Shown: in pieces, positions 61,233 to 64,000 of the stretch
How the letters are laid out: each line of letters opens with the position of its first letter
How positions within the stretch are numbered: position 1 is the stretch's first letter
DNA from: Candidatus Aminicenantes bacterium
GTDB lineage: Bacteria > Acidobacteriota > Aminicenantia > Aminicenantales > JAFGBC01
DNA: 64,000 nucleotides
Assembly (NCBI GenBank): GCA_963702005.1
Contig: OY969696.1
Location: 1,504,001 to 1,568,000 of the forward strand
Reading direction: 5' to 3'
Position numbers and translations under genes: made by a program
The notes under the pieces: generated by a model
Seen by the model: only the letters and a program-made list of their open reading frames with translations
Told to the model about the DNA's origin: nothing
Databases searched by the model: none

Positions 61233-61255
61233 AACCCTGCGAGGAGGTCCTGCGC
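61212..61255. other. attR of comM island
   Basis: ATGGCAGAAAGGCAACACAA-CCCTG-CGAGGAGGTC (comM resumes CEEVLRG). Confidence 0.85.
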
Positions 61256-61711
61256 GGGCTGGCCGGGACCGGGGTCGAATGCACGGAGAGCCAACGGCGG
61301 CGCTACTACTCCAAGATCTCCGGCCCGCTCCTCGACCGTATCGACATCCTCATCGAAGTCCCCGCCGTCCGCTTCCACGAGGTCGTGGGGCGCGTTGAAA
61401 CCGAGAGCTCAGAAAAAATTCGAGCCCGCGTTGTGGCCGCCCGCGAACGTCAGCTCGGCCGCTTCCGGAAGAAGCGGATCTTCGCCAACGCCCACATGGG
61501 GCCGCGCGAGGTCAGGGCCCACTGCCGGGTGGACGGGGAAGGGGAGAGGCTCCTGGAGGCGGCGATTAAAAGGCTGGGGTTAAGCGCGAGGGGCTACGAC
61601 CGGGTCCTCAAGGTCGCCCGGACCATCGCTGATCTGGCGGGTGAAGAGGCGATTTCCCCCGCTCATTTGAGCGAAGCCATCCAGTACCGCATGATGGACA
61701 GGTACCCGTGA
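61240..61711 (+). pseudogene. comM: comM 3' part
   Basis: KISGPLLDRIDI, LSARGYDRVLKVARTIADL, HLSEAIQYR. Confidence 0.92.
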
Positions 61712-61863
61712 TTCCCTCCCCTATTCAGGTGAGAAAAGCTCCCCATAAATCACCCCTTCAATCATTCTTAGTGGTGATTTACTTATTTTAAATTAAACTA
61801 TATAAATAATATTTAGATTTCATTATCTAGCAAAGGAATCAAGTCTATGAAAGGGTTACTGAA

Positions 61864-63675
61864 GTGGGAACGACTGGAGCTAAGTACAAGTTAACTGAGG
61901 AAGTACTTCGAGATAAAGAGAGTATATATAATTTCCTTTTGGATAATTCAAAAGGGATTATTCTCATCCTTAGCAGAAGAGGGAAAATACTTTTTGCCGA
62001 TAAAACCATCTTAGACAACTTTGGTTATTCTGAAGAAGAAATAGCCGGCAAATCAATCACAAGTTTCTTAACGAAAGATAGCATCACGAGGGCATTATAT
62101 GCTCTTGCGCAAGAATTTCTTGGTCAGCCTCAACCAGAGATGGAAGTTCGAGCTAAGACGAAATCTGGTGAAATAAGATATTTAAAAGTCGCCAAGGGCT
62201 CATCCCCTATTTATGAAGAAGGCAAATTGATTGGGGTAATGGTTAGCGCCAGCGACATCACTGATTCCAAGAAAGCCGAGAAAGAGCTGGGGGAAAGCGA
62301 GCAACGCTTCAAGGAATTGTGGGATAATGCCCCTGTTGCCTATCACATATTGGATGCCAAAGGGATTATCACTAATGTAAATCAAACCGAAGCGAAAATG
62401 CTCGGATATGCCAAGGAAGAAATGACAGGGAAATCAATATTCGAATTTATTTTGCCTGATCAGAAAGAAGAAGCAAAAAAACGATTTCAACACAAGATGT
62501 CCGGTCGGCATGTCCCAAAAGCAGGTAACAGGATATATGTTAAAAAAGATGGTTCAAAGATTTATGTTGATATCGATGAGGTATTGGAACGAGATTATGA
62601 CGACAAGATCATCGGTGTCCGGACAACGATGATTGATATTACAAAACAAAAAGAGACAGATGCGGGTTTAAAGACATCGATGGAACTTTATAGAGACCTG
62701 GTTGAAGGGGCGGGTGTCGCTATTCTAGTTGATGACAGAGAAGGAAGTTCCAAATATATAAATGAAAAATATGCTGAGATTTTCGGATACTCTGTGGAGG
62801 AGATAAAAAAACAATCTATTCGATCGATTGTTTATCCTGATGATGTTGAGAGAGTACTAGCCTATCATACAAGACAAATTCAGGGTAGCGAGACTCACTC
62901 CAAATATGAATTTAGAGGAGTCAAGAAGGATGGAACTGTCATATATCTTGAAGTGGCATCAATTGCCTTAAAAGAAGGGGAAAACATTGTGGGAACTCGC
63001 TCATACCTATGGGATATTTCCGAGCGTAAGACGACAGAAATGGAACTAAAAAATGTTCTGGAGACGCTGCGTAAAGCTATGGGCGCAACTGTTCAAGCCA
63101 TTAGCAGGCTCGTCGAAATGAAGGACCCTTATACTGCTGGGCATCAAAGACGCGTTGCTGACCTTGCTCGTGCAATAGCCAAAGAAATGGGGCTTTCGAA
63201 TGACCAAATCGATGGTATTCGTGTTACAGCATTAATTCATGATATAGGCAAAATATCTATTCCGGCCGAAATCCTCAGCAAGCCAGGTCGATTAACAGAA
63301 GTAGAATTCAATATGATTAAGACTCACCCACAATGTGGTTATGAAATATTAAGATCAATAGAATTTCCATGGCCCGTTGCTCAAATTGTTCTTCAGCATC
63401 ATGAAAGGATCGATGGATCAGGTTATCCATCAGGCATATCAGACAAAGAAATTACCCAAGAAGCAAAAATATTGGCAGTAGCGGATGTTGTTGAAGCCAT
63501 GATCTCTCACCGACCTTATCGACCAGCTCTCGGCATAGATAAAGCCCTCGAGGAGATATCTAAAAATAGTGGGGTTCTTTTTGATCCTAAGGTGGTAGAA
63601 GTTTGCACAAACCTTTTTGTCCAGAAAGGCTTTAACTTCAGAAAACAGAAAAATCTGTCAGTTTTGCCTTATTAA
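61864..63675 (+). CDS. PAS x3 HD-GYP phosphodiesterase
   Basis: DPYTAGHQRRV, IHDIGK, QHHERIDGSGYP, SHRPYR. Confidence 0.92.
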   Translation: MGTTGAKYKLTEEVLRDKESIYNFLLDNSKGIILILSRRGKILFADKTILDNFGYSEEEIAGKSITSFLTKDSITRALYALAQEFLGQPQPEMEVRAKTKSGEIRYLKVAKGSSPIYEEGKLIGVMVSASDITDSKKAEKELGESEQRFKELWDNAPVAYHILDAKGIITNVNQTEAKMLGYAKEEMTGKSIFEFILPDQKEEAKKRFQHKMSGRHVPKAGNRIYVKKDGSKIYVDIDEVLERDYDDKIIGVRTTMIDITKQKETDAGLKTSMELYRDLVEGAGVAILVDDREGSSKYINEKYAEIFGYSVEEIKKQSIRSIVYPDDVERVLAYHTRQIQGSETHSKYEFRGVKKDGTVIYLEVASIALKEGENIVGTRSYLWDISERKTTEMELKNVLETLRKAMGATVQAISRLVEMKDPYTAGHQRRVADLARAIAKEMGLSNDQIDGIRVTALIHDIGKISIPAEILSKPGRLTEVEFNMIKTHPQCGYEILRSIEFPWPVAQIVLQHHERIDGSGYPSGISDKEITQEAKILAVADVVEAMISHRPYRPALGIDKALEEISKNSGVLFDPKVVEVCTNLFVQKGFNFRKQKNLSVLPY

Positions 63676-63729
63676 TCATTTATGACATTTCAAACCATTT
63701 TTTTCACTGTTTCTGTGAATAAGTTTATT

Positions 63730-64000
63730 GAAAAAGAGGAAATTCCTTTCAAAGAAATATTGCCATTTGGTCAAGGTTCAGTGTCGGCCTTTTCCCACCC
63801 TGCCAGCGTGGTCTGGTCGACTCCCAACTGTCCGGCCATCTTTTTCTGTGTCAGCCTATGAGCTCGCCTATATTCCCGAATTTTATCTCCTAAATTCTCC
63901 TTTTCTTTTTCAAACGGATCACGGCCAAGGAACTCGATGATCTTCGGAATCTGGGCCAAAGACGGCTTGACCTTGTTCTTTTCCCAGAGATATATCGTGA
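63730..64000 (-). pseudogene. Further XRE-HTH copy beyond comM 3', cut by window end
   Basis: TIYLWEKNKVKPSLAQIPKIIEFLGRDPFEK..; colinear with ~60840-61072; frameshift near its 3' end. Confidence 0.8.

Larger units (their letters stand above)
5546..61239. mobile_element. ~55.7 kb integrative island inserted in comM
   Basis: Shared CCCTG at 5541-5545 and 61235-61239, in-frame comM halves on either side, LSR at the left end, AT-rich cargo. The right boundary may be one of several tandem attR units. Confidence 0.85.

Noticed and set aside
5546-61239. Prophage interpretation
   Set aside because: No terminase, capsid, portal, tail or lysis genes recognised.

Overview
GC-rich host DNA (1-5545: hydrogenase/complex-I-like operon, MglA-type GTPase, 5' part of comM/yifB) is interrupted at a CCCTG core by a ~55.7 kb, mostly AT-rich island (5546-61239). 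The matching comM 3' part follows at 61240-61711. The island's large serine recombinase (LSR1, 5518-7023) reads through attL. Joining the island ends in silico gives a symmetric attP and fuses LSR1 in frame to a double XRE-HTH ORF (60789-61232). Five further decayed or partial copies of that HTH, one with a second attR/comM relic, alternate with cargo genes on the right. A second LSR (35035-36648) has a 29-bp site in its 3' end that recurs twice downstream (31515, 30323). These sites bound two toxin-antitoxin/defence cassettes, each supplying an alternative in-frame recombinase C-terminus, which looks like an integron-like array driven by a serine recombinase. Other cargo: a His-Xaa-Ser radical-SAM system with two precursors, secreted nuclease-like proteins, a PHP-ATPase (TrlF/Ppl-like), two TraD/TrwB-like ATPases, a liv-type ABC transporter, HD-GYP proteins, an intact IS200 and IS relics. 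All family assignments come from recognising motifs by eye; no searches were run.
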